NCBI RefSeq assembly: GCF_009914755.1
Contig: NC_060938.1
Direction: 5' to 3' (one strand)
Length of the DNA: 64,000 nucleotides
Origin: the human T2T-CHM13v2.0 reference genome, Homo sapiens
The position numbers and the translations under genes are program-made. A model generated the notes under the pieces. That model ran no database searches, was not told where the DNA came from, and worked only from the letters and a program-made list of their open reading frames with translations. Shown one piece after another: positions 17,489-32,400 of the stretch. The first letter of the stretch is position 1; every line of letters starts with the position of its first letter.

Positions 17489-20400
17489 AAAAACTTGACA
17501 GAAAAATTCTGAGAAACTTCTTTGTGATGTGTGCGTTCACCTCACAGAGTTCAACCTTTCTTTTGATTGAGCAGTTTGGAAATACTCTTTTTGTAGAATC
17601 TGCAGGTGCACATTTAGAGTGCTTTGCGGCCTATGGTAGAAAAGGAAATATCTTCACATAAAATTTAGACAGAAGCAATCTGAGAAACTTCTTTGTAATA
17701 TGTGCATTGGTATCACAGACTTAAACCTTTCTTTTGATAGAGCAATTTTGAAACTCTCTTTTTGTAGAATCTGCAAGTGTACATTGGAGCACTTTGAGGC
17801 CTATGGTGGAAAAGGTAATATCTTCAACATAAAAACTAGACCGAAGAATTTCGATAAACTTCTTTGTGATGTGTGCGTTCATTTCACAGAGTTGAACCTC
17901 TCTTTTGATGGAGCAGTTTGGAAACACTCTTAATGTAGAATCTTCAAGTGTACATTTGCAGCGCTCAGTGACCTATGGTACAAAAGGAAGTTTTTTCTTA
18001 TGAAACCTAGACAGAAGCAGTCTCAGAAACTTCTTTGTGATGTGTGCATTCAACTCACACAGCTAAAACTTCCTTTTGATTGAGCAGTTTAGAAACTCCC
18101 TTTTGTAGAATCTGCAAGTGTACATTTGAAGCGCTTTGAGGCCTATGGTGGAAAAGGTAATATCTTCACATAAAAACCAGACAGAAGAATTCTGAGAAAC
18201 TTCTTTGTGATATCTGCGTTCATCTCACAGATTTGAACCTTTCTTTTGATTGCGCAGTTTGGAATCACTCTTTTTGTAGAAACTGCAAGTGGACATTTGG
18301 AGCGCTTTGTGGCCTATGGTAGAAAACGTAATATCTTCACATAAATTCCAGACAGAAGCAATCTGAGAAACTACTTTGTGATGTGTGCATTCATGTCACA
18401 GAGTTAAACCTTTCTTTTGATTGAGCAGTTTAGAAACTCTCTTTTTCTAAAATGAGATGCATGCATTCATCTCACAGAGATAAAACTTGCAGATAGAATC
18501 TGCAAGTAGACATTTGGAGAACTTTGTGGCCTATGGTAGAAAAGGAAATATCTGCGCATAAAAACTAGATAGAAGAATTCTGAGAAACTTCTTTGTGATG
18601 TGTGCGTTCATCTCATGGAGTTGAATCTTACTTTTGATTGAGCAGTTCAGAAACCCTCTTTTTGTATAATCTGCAAGTAGATATATGGAGCGCTATGTGG
18701 CCTATGGTTGAAAAGGAAATATCTTCACATAAAATCTAGACAGAAGCAATCTGAGAAACTTCTTTGTGATGGGTGCATTCATCTCACAGAGATAAAAATT
18801 TCTTTTGATTGAGCAGTTTTGAAAATCTCTTTTATTTGAATCTGCAAATGGACATTAGGAGTGCTTTGTGGCCAATGGTGGAAAAGGAAATATCTTCACA
18901 TAAAAACTAGACAGTAGAATTCTGAGAAACTTCTTTGTGAAGTGTGCGTTCATTTCACAATGTTGAACCTTTCTTTAGATTGAGCAGTATGGAAACACTC
19001 TTTTTGTAGAATCTGCAAGTGGACATTTGGAGAACTTTGTGTCCTATGGCAGAAAAGGAAATATCTTCAAATAAAATCTAGACAGAAGCAATCTGAGAAA
19101 CTTCTTTGTGATGTGAGCATTCATCTCAAAGAGTTAAAGCTTTCTTTTGATTGAGGAGTTTTGAAACTCTCTTTTTGTAGAATCTGCAAGTGGACATTTG
19201 GAGCGCTTTGAAGCCTATCATGGAAAAGGAAATATCTTCACATAAAAACCAGGCAGAAAAATTCTGAGAAATGTCTTTGCAATGTGAGGGTTCATGTCAC
19301 AGAGTTGAACCTTTCTTTTGATTGAGCAGTTTGGAAACACTCTTTTTGTAGAATCTGCTAGTGGACATTTGGAGCACTTTGTGGCCTATGGTAGAAAAGG
19401 AAATATCTTCACATAAAATATAGACAGAAGCAATCTGAGAAACTTCTTTGTAATGTGTGTGTTCATCTCACAGAGTTAAATCTTACTTTTGATTGAGCAG
19501 TTTTGAAACTCCCTTTTTGTAGAATCTGCAACTGTATATTTGGAATGCTTTGGGGCCTATGGTGGAACAGGAAATATCTTCACATAAAAACTATACAGAA
19601 GAAATTTCAGAAACTACTTCATAATGTGTGCCTTCATCTTACAGAGTTGAAACTTTCTTTGATAGAGCAGTAGGGAAACACTCTTTTTGTAGAATCTGCA
19701 AGTGGACATTTGGAGCGCTTTGCGGCCTATTGTAAAAAAGGAAATATCTTCACATAAAATCTAGACAGAAGAAATCTGAGAAACTTCCTTGTGATGTGGG
19801 CATTCATCTCACAGAGTTAAACCTTTCTTTTGATAGTGCAGATTTGAAACTCACTTTTTGTAGAATGTGCAAGTAGACATTTCGATTTCTTTGTGGCCCA
19901 TGGTAGAAAAGGAAATATCACATAAATACTAGACAGAAGCAACCTGAGAAACTTCTTTGTGATGTGTGAATTCATCTCACAGACTTAAACCTTTCTTTTG
20001 ATAGAGCAGTTTTGAAACTCTCCTTTTGTAGAATCTGCAAGTGGACATTTGGAGTGCTTTTTGGCCTATGTAAGAAAAGGAAATATCTTCACATAAAATC
20101 TAGACAGAAGCAACCTGGGAAACTTCTTTGTGATGTGTGCGTTCATCTCACAGAGTTGAAACTTTCTTTTGATTGAGCAGTTTGGAAACACTTCTTGTAG
20201 AATCTGCAAGTGGACATTTGGAGCGTTTTGCGGCCTATGGTAGAAAAGGAAATATCTTCACATAAAAAGTAGACAGAAGAATTCTGAGAAAGTTCTCTGT
20301 GATGTGTGCATTCATCTAACAGAGTTGAAACTTTCATTTGATGAAGCAGTTTGGAAATATTCTTTTTGTAGAACCTGCAATTGGACATTGGGAGTGCTTT

Positions 20401-23400
20401 GTGGCCTATGGTAGGAAAGGAAATATCTTCACATAACATCTAGACAGAAGCAATCAGAGAAACTTCTTTGTGATGTGTGCATTCATCTCACAGATTTAAA
20501 ACTTGGTTTTGATTGAGCAGTTTTCAAACTCCTTTTTGTAGAATCTGCAAGTGAACATTTGTAGTGCTTTGAGAGCTAAGGTGGAAAAGGAACATAAAAA
20601 CTAGACAGGGAATTCTGAGAAGCTTCTTTGTGATGTGTGCATTCATCTCACAGAGTTGAACTTTTCTTTTGATAGAGCTGTTTGGAAACATTCTTTTTGT
20701 AGAATCTGCAAGTGGATATTTGGAGCACATTGAGACCTCTGGTAAAAAAGGAAATATCTTCACACAAAATCTAGACAGAAGGAATCTGAGAAACTTCTCT
20801 GTGATGTATGCATTCATCTCACAGTGTTAAACCTTTCTTTTGATAGAGTTGTTTTGAAACTCTCTTTTTGTAGAATCTACAAGTGGAGCGCCTTGAGTCC
20901 TATGGTAGAAAAGGTTAATATCTTCACATAAAAACTGGACAGAAAAATTCAGAAAAACCTCTTTGTGATGGGTGCTTACATCTCACAGAGTAGGACCTTA
21001 CTTTTGATGGACCAGTTTTGAAATATTCTTTTTGTAGAATCTGCAAGTGGGCATTTCGAGCGCCTTGAGGCCTATGGTCGAAAATGAAATATATTCACAT
21101 AAAAACTATATGGAATAATTCTGAGAAACTGCTTTGTGATGCGTGCAGTCATCTCACAGAGTTGAACCTCTATTTTGATTGAGCAGTTTGGAAACACTCT
21201 TTTTGTACAATCTGCAAGTGGGAATTTGGACCGCTTTGTGGCCTATGGTAGAAAAGGAAATATCTTCACATAAAATCTAGACAAAAGAAATCTGAAAAAA
21301 CTTCGTTGTGATGTATGCATTCATCTCACAGAGATAAAACTTTCTTTTGATAGAGCAGTTTTGAAACTCTCTTCAGTCTCTTCTTGTAGAATCTGGAAGT
21401 GGAGCACTTTGAGGCCTATGGTGGAAAAGGTAATATCTTCAAATCAAAACTAGATAGAAGAATTCTGACAAACTTCTTTGTGATGTGTGCATGCATCTCA
21501 CAGAGTTGAACCTTACTTTTCATGGACAAGTTTTGAAATATTCTTTTTGTAGTATCTGCAAGTGGGCATTTCGAGCGCCTTGAGGCCAATGGTCGAAAAT
21601 GAAATATCTTCACATAAAAACTAGACAGAAGAATTCTGAGAAACTTCTTTGTGATGTGTGATTTAATTCCACAGAGTTGAACCTTTCTTTTGATTGAGCA
21701 GTTGGGAAACACTCTTTTAGTAGAATCTGCAAGTGGATATTTGGATCGCTTTGTGGCCCATGCTAGAAAAGAAAACATCTTCCCATGAAATCTAGACAGA
21801 AGGAATCTGAGAAACTACTTACTGATGTGTGCATTCATCTCACGGAGTTGAACCATTCTTATGATTGAGAAGTTTTGAAACGTTCTTTTTGTAGAATCTG
21901 CAAGTGGACATTTGTAGCGCTTTGAGGCTTATGGTGGAAAAGGAAGTATATTCACATAAAAAATGAGACAGAAGATTTCTGAGAAACTTCTTTGTGATGT
22001 GTTCATTCATCTCACAGAGTTGAATCTTACATTTAATTGAGCAGTTTGGAAACACTCTTTTTGTGGAATCTGCAAGTGGACACTTGAATTGTTTGGGGCC
22101 TATTATAGAAAAGGGAATATCTTCACATAAAATGTAGACAAAAGCAGTCTGATAAACTTATTTGTGATATGTGCATTCATCTCACAGTTTTAAAACTTTC
22201 TTTTGATGGAGCAGTTTGGAAACACTCATTTTGTAGAATCTGCAATTGTACATTTGGAGTGCTATGAGGCCTATGGTGGAAAATGAAATATCTTCACATT
22301 AAAACTGGAAAGAAGAATTCTGAGAAACTTCTTTGTGATGCGTCAATTCATCTCACAGAGATGAACTATTTTTGATTGAGCAGGTTGGAAACACTCTTTT
22401 TGTAGAGTCTGCAAGTTGACACTTGTAGCGCTTTGTGTCCTATGTTAGAAAAGGAAATATCTTCACATAAAATCTAGACAGAAGCAATCTGAGAAACTTC
22501 TTTGTGATCTGTTCATTCATTTCACAGAGTCGAAACTTTCTTTTGATTGAGCAGTTTTGAAACTGTCTTTTTGTAGAATCTGCAAGTGGATATTTGGAGC
22601 TCTTTGAGGCCTACAGTGGAAAAGGAAATATCTTCACATAAAAACTAGACAGAAGAATTCTGAGAAACATCTTTATGATGTGTTCATTCATCTCACAGAG
22701 TTGAACTTTTCTTTTGATTGAGCAGTTTGGAAATACTCTTTGCGCAGAATCTGCAAGTGGACATTTGGTGTGCTTTGCGGCCTATTATAAAAAAGGAAAT
22801 ATCTTCCAATAAAATCTAGGCAGAAGTAATCTGTGAAATTTCTTTGTGATGTGTGCATTCATGTCACTGAGTTAAACCTTTCTTTTGATAGAGCAGTTTT
22901 GAAACTCTCTTTTTTTGTAGAATCTGCAAGTGGACATTTGGAGTGCTTTGAGGCCCATGGTGGAAAAGGCAATATCTTCACATAAAAACTAGACAGAAGA
23001 ATTCTGACAAACATTTTTGTGATGTGTGTGTTCATCTCACAGAGTAGAACAATTCTTTTAATTCAGCAGTTTGGAAAGACTGTTTTTGTAGAATCTGGAA
23101 GTGGACATTTGGAATGCTTTGCGGCCTATGGAAGAAAAGGAAATATCTTCATATAAAATCTAGACAGAAGCAATCTGAGCAACTTTTTATGATGTGTGCA
23201 TTCATCTCACAGAGTTAAACCTTTCTTTTGATTAGGCAGTTTTGAAATTCTCTTTTTGTAGAATCTGCAAGTGGTTATTTGGAACACTTTGAGGCCTATG
23301 TTGGAAAAGGAAATATTTTCACATAAAATCTAGACAGAAGAATTCTGAGAAACTTCTTCATGATGTGTGTCTTCATCTCACAGAGTTGAACCGTTCTTTT

Positions 23401-26400
23401 GATTGAGCAGTTTGGAAACACTCCTTTTGTAGAATCTGGAAGTGGACATTTGGAGAGCTTTGAGGCCTATGGTGGAAAAGGAAATATCTTCACAAAAACT
23501 AGACAGAAGAATTCTGAAAAACTTCTTTGTGATGTGTTCGTTTATCTCACAGAGTTTAACCTTTCTTTTCATTGAGCAGTTTGGAAACAATCTTTTTGTA
23601 GAATCTGCATGTGGATGTTTGGAGCACATTGTGGCTTATTTTAGAAAAGGAAATATCTTCACATAAAATCAAAGCAGAAGCAATCTGAAAAACTTCCTTC
23701 TGATGTGTGCATTCATCTCACAGAGTTATTCCTTTCTTTTGATAGAGCAGTTTTGAAACTCTCTTTTTGTGGAATCTGAAAGTGGTCATTTGGAAGGCTT
23801 TGAAGCCTATGGTGGAAAAGGAAATATCTTCACATAAAAACTAGACAAAAGCATTCTGGGAAACTTCTTTGTGATTTGTGCCTTCATCGAGTTGAAGCTT
23901 TCCTTTCATTGAGCAGCTTGGAAACACACTTTTTGTAGAATCTGCAAGCGGACATTTGGAGCACTTGCGGCCTATGGTAGAAAAGGAAATAACTTCACAT
24001 AAAATCTAGACAGAATCAATCTGAGAAACTTCTTTGTGATGTGTGCATTCATCTCAGAGAGTTAAACCTTTCTTTTGATTGAGCAGTATGTAAACTCTCT
24101 TTTTGTAGGATCTGCAAGTGGACATTTGGAGCGCTTTGAGGCCTATGGTGGAAAAGTAAATATCTTCACATAAAAACAAGACAGAAGAATTCTGAGAAAC
24201 TTCTTTGTGATGTGTGCGTTCATCTCACAGAGTTGAACATTTCTTTTGATTGAGCAGTTTGGAAACACTTTTTGTAGAATCTGCAAGTGGACATTTTGAG
24301 CGGTTTGTGGCCTATTTTAGAAAAGGAAATATCTTCACATAAAATCTAGACATAAGCAATCTGAGAAACTTCTTTGTGATCTGTGCATTCATCTCACAGA
24401 GTTAAACCTTTCTTTTGATTGAGCAGTATTGAAACTCTCTTTTTGTAGGATCTGCAAGTGGACATTTGGAGCGCTTTGAGGCCTATGGTGGAAAAGTAAA
24501 TATCTTCACATAAAAACTAGACAGAAGAATTCTGAGAAACGTCTTCGTGATATGTGTGTTCATCTCACACAGTTGAGCCTTTTTTTTTGATTAAATAGTT
24601 TGGTAATACTCTTTTTGTAGAAATTGAAAGTGGACATTTGGAGCGCTTTGTGGCCTCTGGTAGAAAAGGAAATACCTTCACATAAAAAATAGACAGAAGA
24701 ATTCTGAGAAACTTCTTTGTGATGTGTCAATTCATCTCACAGAGTTGAACATTCCTTTTGATTGAGCTGTTTGGAAACACTCCTTTTGCAGAATCTGGAA
24801 GTGGACTTTTGGAGCACTTTGAGGCCTATGGTGGAAAAGGAAATATCTTCATGTGAAATCTAGACAGAAGCAATCTGAGAAACTTCTTTGTGATGTGTGC
24901 ATTCACCTCACAGAGTTAAAACTTTGTTTTGATTGAGGAGTTTTGAAACTCTCTTTTTATAGAATCTGCAAGTGGACATTTGAAGCGCTTTGAGGCTTAT
25001 GGTGGAAAAAAAATATCATCACATAAAAACCAGACGGAAAAATTCTGACAAATGGCTTTTTGATGTGTGCATTCATCCCACTGAGTTGAAACTTACTTTG
25101 CTTTGAGCAGTTTTGGAACACTGTTTTTGTGGAATGTGCAAGTTTACCTTTGAAGCGCTTTGAGGCCTTTGGTGGATAACGAACTATCTTCATATAATAA
25201 CTAGACAGAAGCATTCTGAGAAACTTCTTTGTGATGTGTGCATTCATCTGACAGAATTGAAACTTTCTTTTGATTGGGCAGTTTTGAAACACTCCTTTTG
25301 TAGAATCTGCAAGTGGACATTTGGAGCTCTTTGGGACCTATTGTGGAAAAGGAAATATCTTCACATAAAAACTACATAGAAGCATTCTGAGAGCCTTCTT
25401 TGTGATGAGTGCCTTCATCTGACAGGGTTTATCCTTTGTTTTGATTGAGTACTCTTGAAACACTGTTTTTGAGGTGTCTGCAAGTGGGATACTGGGAGCA
25501 CTTTCAGGCCTACTGTGGAAAAGCAAATATCTTCACATAAAAACTACACAGAAGCATTCTGAGAAACTTCTTGGTGATGTGTGCATTCATCTCACAGAGT
25601 TGAACCTTTCTTTTGATTGAGAGTTTTTGAAACATGCTTTTTGTAGTATCTGCAAGTGGATATTTGGAGCGATTTGAGGCCTATTGTGGAAAACCAAATA
25701 TCTTCCTATAAAAACTACACAGAAACATTCTGAGAAACTTCTTTGTGATGTGTGCATTCACCTCACAGAGTGGAACCTATCTTTTGATTAAGCAGTTTTG
25801 AATCTCTCTGTTTGAAGAATCTGAAAGTGGATATTTGGAGACCTTGGAGGCCGATGTTGGAAAAGGAAATATCTTCAAATAAAAATTACACAGAAGCATT
25901 CTGAGAAACATTTGTGATGTGTGCATTCATCTCACAGTGTTGAAACTATGTTATGATTGAGCGGTTTTGAAACACTCTTATTGTAGAATCTGAAGGTGGA
26001 TACTTGGGCCACTTTGAGGCCTATGGTAGAAAAGGAAATATCTTCACACAAAAACTACACAGAAGCATTCTGAGAAACTTCTTTGTTATGTATGCATTCA
26101 TCTCACTTTGTTGATCTTTTCTTTTGATTGAGCAGTTTTGATACACGTTTTTTCAGCTAATGCAAGTGGATATTTGGAGCGCCTTGAGGCCTAATGTGGA
26201 AAACCGAATATCTTCACATAAAAACTACATAGAAGCATTCTGAGAAACTTCTTTGTGATGTGTGCATACATCTTCCAGAGTTGAAACTTTCTTTTGATTG
26301 TGTAGTTTTGAAACACTCTTTTTTTAGAATCTGCAAGTGGGTATTTGGAGGGATTTGAAGCCTATTGTTGAAAAGGTAATATCTTCGCATAAAAACTATG

Positions 26401-29400
26401 CAGAATCATTCGGAGAAACTTCTTTGTGATGTGTGCTTTCAACTCACAGAGTTGAACCTATCTTTTGATTGAGCAGTTTTGAAACACTCTTTTCGTAGAA
26501 TCTGCAAGTGGATACTTGGAGTGGTTTGGGGTCTACTGTGATGAAGGAAATATCTTCACATAAAAACTACACAGAAGTATTCTGAGAAACTTCTTTGTGA
26601 TGTGTGCATTCAACTCATGGAGTTAATCCTGTATTTTGATTGAGCAGTTTTGAATCTCTCTTTTAGCAGAATCTGCAAGTGGATATTTGGAGAGCTTTGA
26701 GTCCTAATGTGAAAAGGAAATATCATCAAATTAAAACTATACAGAAGCATTCTGAGAAACATATTTGTGATGTGTGCATTCAACTCACAGAGTTGAACCT
26801 ATCTTTTGATTGAGCAGTTTTGAATCTCTGTTTTGGTAGAATCTGCAAGTCGATATTTGGAGCCCTTTGATGTCTATGGTGGAAAAGGAAATACCTTCAA
26901 ATAAAAACTACACAAAAGCATTCTGAGAAGCTTATTTGCGATGTGTGCATTCATCTCACTTGGTTGAACCAATCTTATGATTGAACAGTTTTAAAACACT
27001 CTTTTTGTAGAATTTCTAAGTGGTTATTTGGAGCGTTTTGAGGCCTATAGTGGAAAAGGAAATATCTTCACATAAAAACTACAGAGAAGCATTCTGAGAA
27101 ACTTCTTTGTGATCTGTGCACTCATCTCACAGAGTTGATCCTTTCTTTTGATTGAGCAGTTTTGAAAATCTCTTTTTGCAGAATCTGCAAGTGGACATTT
27201 GGAGCACTTTGAGGCCTATGGTCTGAAAAGAAATACCTTTACATGAAAACAAGATAGAAGAATTCTGAGAAACTTCTTTGTGATGTGTGCCTTCAACTCA
27301 CAGAGTTGAACTTATCTTTGGATTGAGCAGTTTTGAATCTTTCCTTTGTAGAATCTGCAAGTGGATATTTGGAGCCCGTTTTGCCTTGTGGTGTAAAAGG
27401 AAATATCTTCACATAAAAACTACACAGAAGCATTCTGAAAAAACTTCTTTGTGACTTGTGCATTCATCTCACAGTGTTGACCCCGTCTTTTGATTGAGCA
27501 GTTTTGAAGCACTATTTTCATAGAATCTGCAAGTGGATATTTGGAGCCCTTTGCAGCCTACGGTGGAAAAGGAAACATCTTCACACAAAAACTATACAGA
27601 AGCATTCTGAGAAACTTCTTTGTGATGTGTGCATTCATCTAACAGAGTTGAACCTTTGCTTTGATAGAGCATTTTTGAAAAACTCTTTTTGTAGAATCTG
27701 CAAGTGGATATTTGGAGTGCTTTGAGGCCTATTGCGGCAAAGGAAATACCTTCACATAGAAACTACACAGTAGAATTCTGTCGAACTTCTTTGTGATGTG
27801 TGCCTTCAAGTCACACAGTTGAAACTTTGTTTTGATTAACCAGTTTGGAAACATTCTCTTTCTAGAAACTGCAAGTGGATATGTGGAGCCTTTTGCGGCC
27901 TAAGGTGGAAAAGGAAATATCTTCACATAAAAACTACACAGAAGCGTTCAAAGAAACTTCTTTTTGATGTGTGCATTCAGCTCACAGAGTTGAACTTATC
28001 TTTTTATTGAGGAGCTTTGAAAATCTCTTTTTGTAGAATCTGCAAGTGGATATTTAGAGCCCCTTGCTGCCTGTGGTGGAAAAAGAAATATCTTCTCATA
28101 AAAACTATACAGAATCATTCTGAAAAAACTTATTGGTGATGCGTGCATTAATCTCACAGTGTTGAACCTTTCTTTTGATTGACCTGTTTAGAAACACTAT
28201 TTTTGTAGAACCTGCAAGTGGATATTTGGAGCCTTTTGAGTCCTTTGTTGGAAAAGGAAATATCTTCACATAAAACCTACACGGAAGCATTCTGAGAAAC
28301 TCCTTTGTGATGTGTGCCTTCATCTCACAGAGTTGAAGCTTTCTTTTGATTGAGCAGTGTTGAAAGAGTCTTTTTGTAGATTCTGCAAGTGGATATTTCG
28401 AGGGCTTTGAGTCCTATTTTGGAAAAGGAAATATCTTCACAAAAAAACTACACAGAAGCCTTCTGAGAAACTTCTTTGCAATGTGTGCATTCATCTCACA
28501 GAGTTGAACATTTCTTTTTATTGAGCACTTTTGAAGCACTCTTTTTGTAGAATCAGCAAGTGTATATTTGGAGCCCTTTGCAGCCTGTGGTGGAGAAAGG
28601 AAATATCTTCACATAAAATCTACAGAGAAGCGTTCTGTGAAACTGGTTTGTGATGTGTGCATTCATCTCACAGATTTGAACCTTTCTGTTGATTCAGCAG
28701 TTTTGAAACACTCTTTCTGTAGAATCTGCAGTTGGATATTTGGAGCACTTTGAGGCCTATTGTGGCAAAGGAAATATCTTCACATAAAAACTACACAGAA
28801 GCATTCTGAGAAACTATATTGTGATGTGTGCATTCATCTCACAGAGTTGAACCTTTCTTTTGTTTGAGCAGTTTTGAAACACTCTATTTTGTAGGATCTG
28901 CAAGTGGATATTTGGAGTGCTTTGAAGCCTATCATGGAAAAGGAAATATATTCACATGAAAACAACACAGAATCATTCTGACAAACTTCTTTGCAATGTG
29001 TGCGTTCATCTCACAGAGTTGAACTTTTCTTTTTATTGAGCAGTTTTCAAAAACTGTTATTGTAGTATCTCTAACTGGACATTTGGAGCGCATTGAGGCC
29101 TATGGTGGAAAAGGCTATATCTTCACACAAAATCTACACAGAAGCATTCTGAGAAACTTCTTTCTGATGTGTGCATTCAAATCACAGATTTGAATCTGTC
29201 TTTTGATTGCACAGTTTCCAAACTCTCTTTTTGTAGAATCTGCAAGTGGATATTTGGAGCCCTTGGTGTCCTCTGGTGGAAAAGAAAATATCTTCACATA
29301 AAAACTACACAGAAGCATTCTGAGAAACTTCATTTTCATGTATGCATTCATCTGAGAGAGTTGAACTTTTCTTTTCACCAAGCATTTTTGAAACAGTCTT

Positions 29401-32400
29401 TTTGTAGAATCTGCAAGTGGATATTTGGAGCCCCTCGAGGCCTACTGTGGAAAAGAAAATATCTTCACATAAAAACAACACAGATGCATTCTGAGAAACT
29501 TCTTTGCAATGTGTGCCTGCATCTCACAGAGATCAACTTTCTTTTGATTGAGGAATTTTGAAACACACTTTTTGTAGAATCTGCAAGTAGATATTTGGAG
29601 TACGTTGAGGCCTATGGTGAAAAAGGAAATATCTTCACATAAAGCTACACAGAAGCATTTTGAGAAACTTCTTTCGACATGTTCGTTCAACACACTGTGG
29701 TGAACATTTCTTTTGATTGAGAAGTTTTGAAACCCACTATTTGTAGAATCTGCAAGTGGATATTTTTAGTGCTTAGGACCTATTGTGGAAAAGGAAATGT
29801 CTTCACTTAAAAACTACACAGAAGCATTCTGAGAAACATCTGTGTGATTTGTTCATTCACCTCACAGATTTGTAACTTTCTTTTGATTGAGCAGTTTGGA
29901 AACACTCTTTTAGTAAAATCTACAAGCGGATACTTGGAGCGCTTTGAGGCCTATTGTAGAAATGGAAATATCTTCACATAAAAACTAAACAGAAGCATTC
30001 TGAGAAACTTCTTTGAGATGTGTGTATTGAACTCAGAGTTGTACCTATCTTTTGATAGACGAGTTTTGAAACTCTCTTTATGTAGAATCTGCAAGTGAAT
30101 ATTTGGAGCCCTTTGTGGTCAATGGTGTAAAAGGAAATACCTTCACATAAAAACTACACAGAAGCTTTCTGAGAAACTTCTTTGTGATTTGTGCATTCAT
30201 CTCAAGGAGATGAACCTTTAATTTGATTGAGCAGTTTTGAAACACTCTTTTTGTAGAATCTGCAAGTGGATATTTGGAACGCTTTGGAGAGAATGGTGGA
30301 AATGGAAATATCTTCACATAAAAACTACGGAGGAGCATTCTGAGAAACGTCTTTGTGATGTGTGCATTCAACTCACAGAGTTCAACCTTTCTTTTGATTG
30401 AGCAGTTTTGAATCCCTCTTTTTGTAGAATCTGCTAGTGTATATTTGGAGCACTTTGGGGCCTATGGTGAAAAGGAAATTTCTTCACATAAAAACTATAA
30501 AAAAGCACTCTGAAAAACTTCTATGTGATGTGTGCATACAATTCACAGAGTTGAACATTTCTTTTGATTGTGCAGTTTTGAAACACTCTTTTTGTAGAAA
30601 CTGCAAGTAGATACTCGGAGGGCTTCGCAGACTATAGTGGCAAAGGAAATAACTTTGCATAAAGCTAAACAGAAGCATTCTGAGAAACTTCTTTGTGATG
30701 TGTGCATTCAACTCACAGAGTTGAACCTTTCTTTTGATTGAGCAGTTTTGAAACTCTATTTTTGTAAAATCTGCAAGTGTATATTTGGTGCGATTTGCGT
30801 CCAATGGTGGAAAATTAAATACCTTCACATAAAAAGTAGACAGAAGCATTCTGAGAATCTTCTTTGTGATGTGTGCATTCACCTCACAGAGTTGTAACTT
30901 TTTTTATTGAGGACGTTTGAAACACTCTTTTTGTAGAATCTTCAAGTGGGTGTTTGGAGCACTTTGTGGCCTATAGTGGAAAACGATGTATATTCACATA
31001 AAAACTAGACAGAAGCATTCTGAAAAACTTCTTTGTGATGTGTGCCTTCATTTGAAAGAGTTCAACCTTTCTTTTGATTGAGCACTTTTGAAATACTCTT
31101 TTTGGAGTATCTGTAAGTGGATATTTGGAGAGCTTTGAGTCCTATGGTGGTAAGGGGAAACATCTTCACATAAAAACGACACAGAAGCATTCTGAAATAC
31201 CTCTTTGTGATGTATGCATTCATCTCACATAGTTGAACCATTCTTTTGAATGAGCAGTTTTGAAACACTCTCTTTGTAGAATGTGCAAGTGGATATTTGG
31301 ACCGCTTTGATGAGTATGGTGGAAAATGAAAAATCTTCACATAAAAACTAGACAGAATTACTCTGAGAAACTTCTTTGTGATGTGCGCATTCATCTCACA
31401 AATTTGAAAATTTCTTTTGATTGAGCAGTTTTGAAACGCTCTTTTTCTAGAATCTGCCAGTGGATATTTGGAGTGCATTGAGTCCTATGGTGGAGAAGGA
31501 AATATCCTCACATAAAAACTAGAGAGAAGCATTCTGAGAAACTTCTTTGTTATGTGTGCATACATCTCATGGAGTTGAAACTTTCTATTGATTCAGCATT
31601 TTTTAAACACTTTTTGTAGTATCTGCAGTTGATATTTGGAGCCCATTGGGGCCAATGGTGGAAAAGGATTATCTTCTCATAAAAACTAGATTGAAGCATT
31701 TTGAGCAAATTCTTTGTGATGTGTTCGTTCATCTCACAGATTTGAACCATTCTTTTGATTCAGCAGTTTTGAAGCACTCTTCGTAGAATCTGCAAGTGCA
31801 TATTTAGATCGCTTTGAGACGTGTGGTGGAAAAGGAAATATCTTCACATAAACACTAGACAGAAGCATTCTGAGAAATGTCTTTGTGATGTGTCCATTCA
31901 CTTCACAGAGTTGAAACTTTCTTTTCATTGAGCAGTTTTGAAACACTCTTTTTATAGAATATGCAAGTGGATATTTGGAGCGTTTTGGAGAGAATGGTGG
32001 AAATGGAAATATCTTCATATAAAAACTACGGAGAAGCATTCTGAGAAACGGCTTTGTTTTGTGTGCCTTCAGCTCACAGAGTTGAACCTTTCTTTTGATT
32101 GAGCAGTTTTGAATCCCTCTTTTTGTATAATCTGAAAGTGGATATTTGGAGAGCTTTAGGGCCTATGGTGGAAAAGGAAATATCTTCACATAAAAACTAC
32201 ATAAAAGCATTCTGAGAAACTTCTTTCTGATGTGCGCATACAACTCCCAGAGTTGAACCTTTCTTTTGATTGTGCAATTTTGAAACACTTCTTTTGTAGA
32301 ATCTGCAAGTGGATATTCGGAGGGCTTTGCCGAGTATAGTGGAAAAGGAAATAACTTTGGATAAAAGGTAGACAGAAGCATTCTGAGAAACTTCTTTGTG

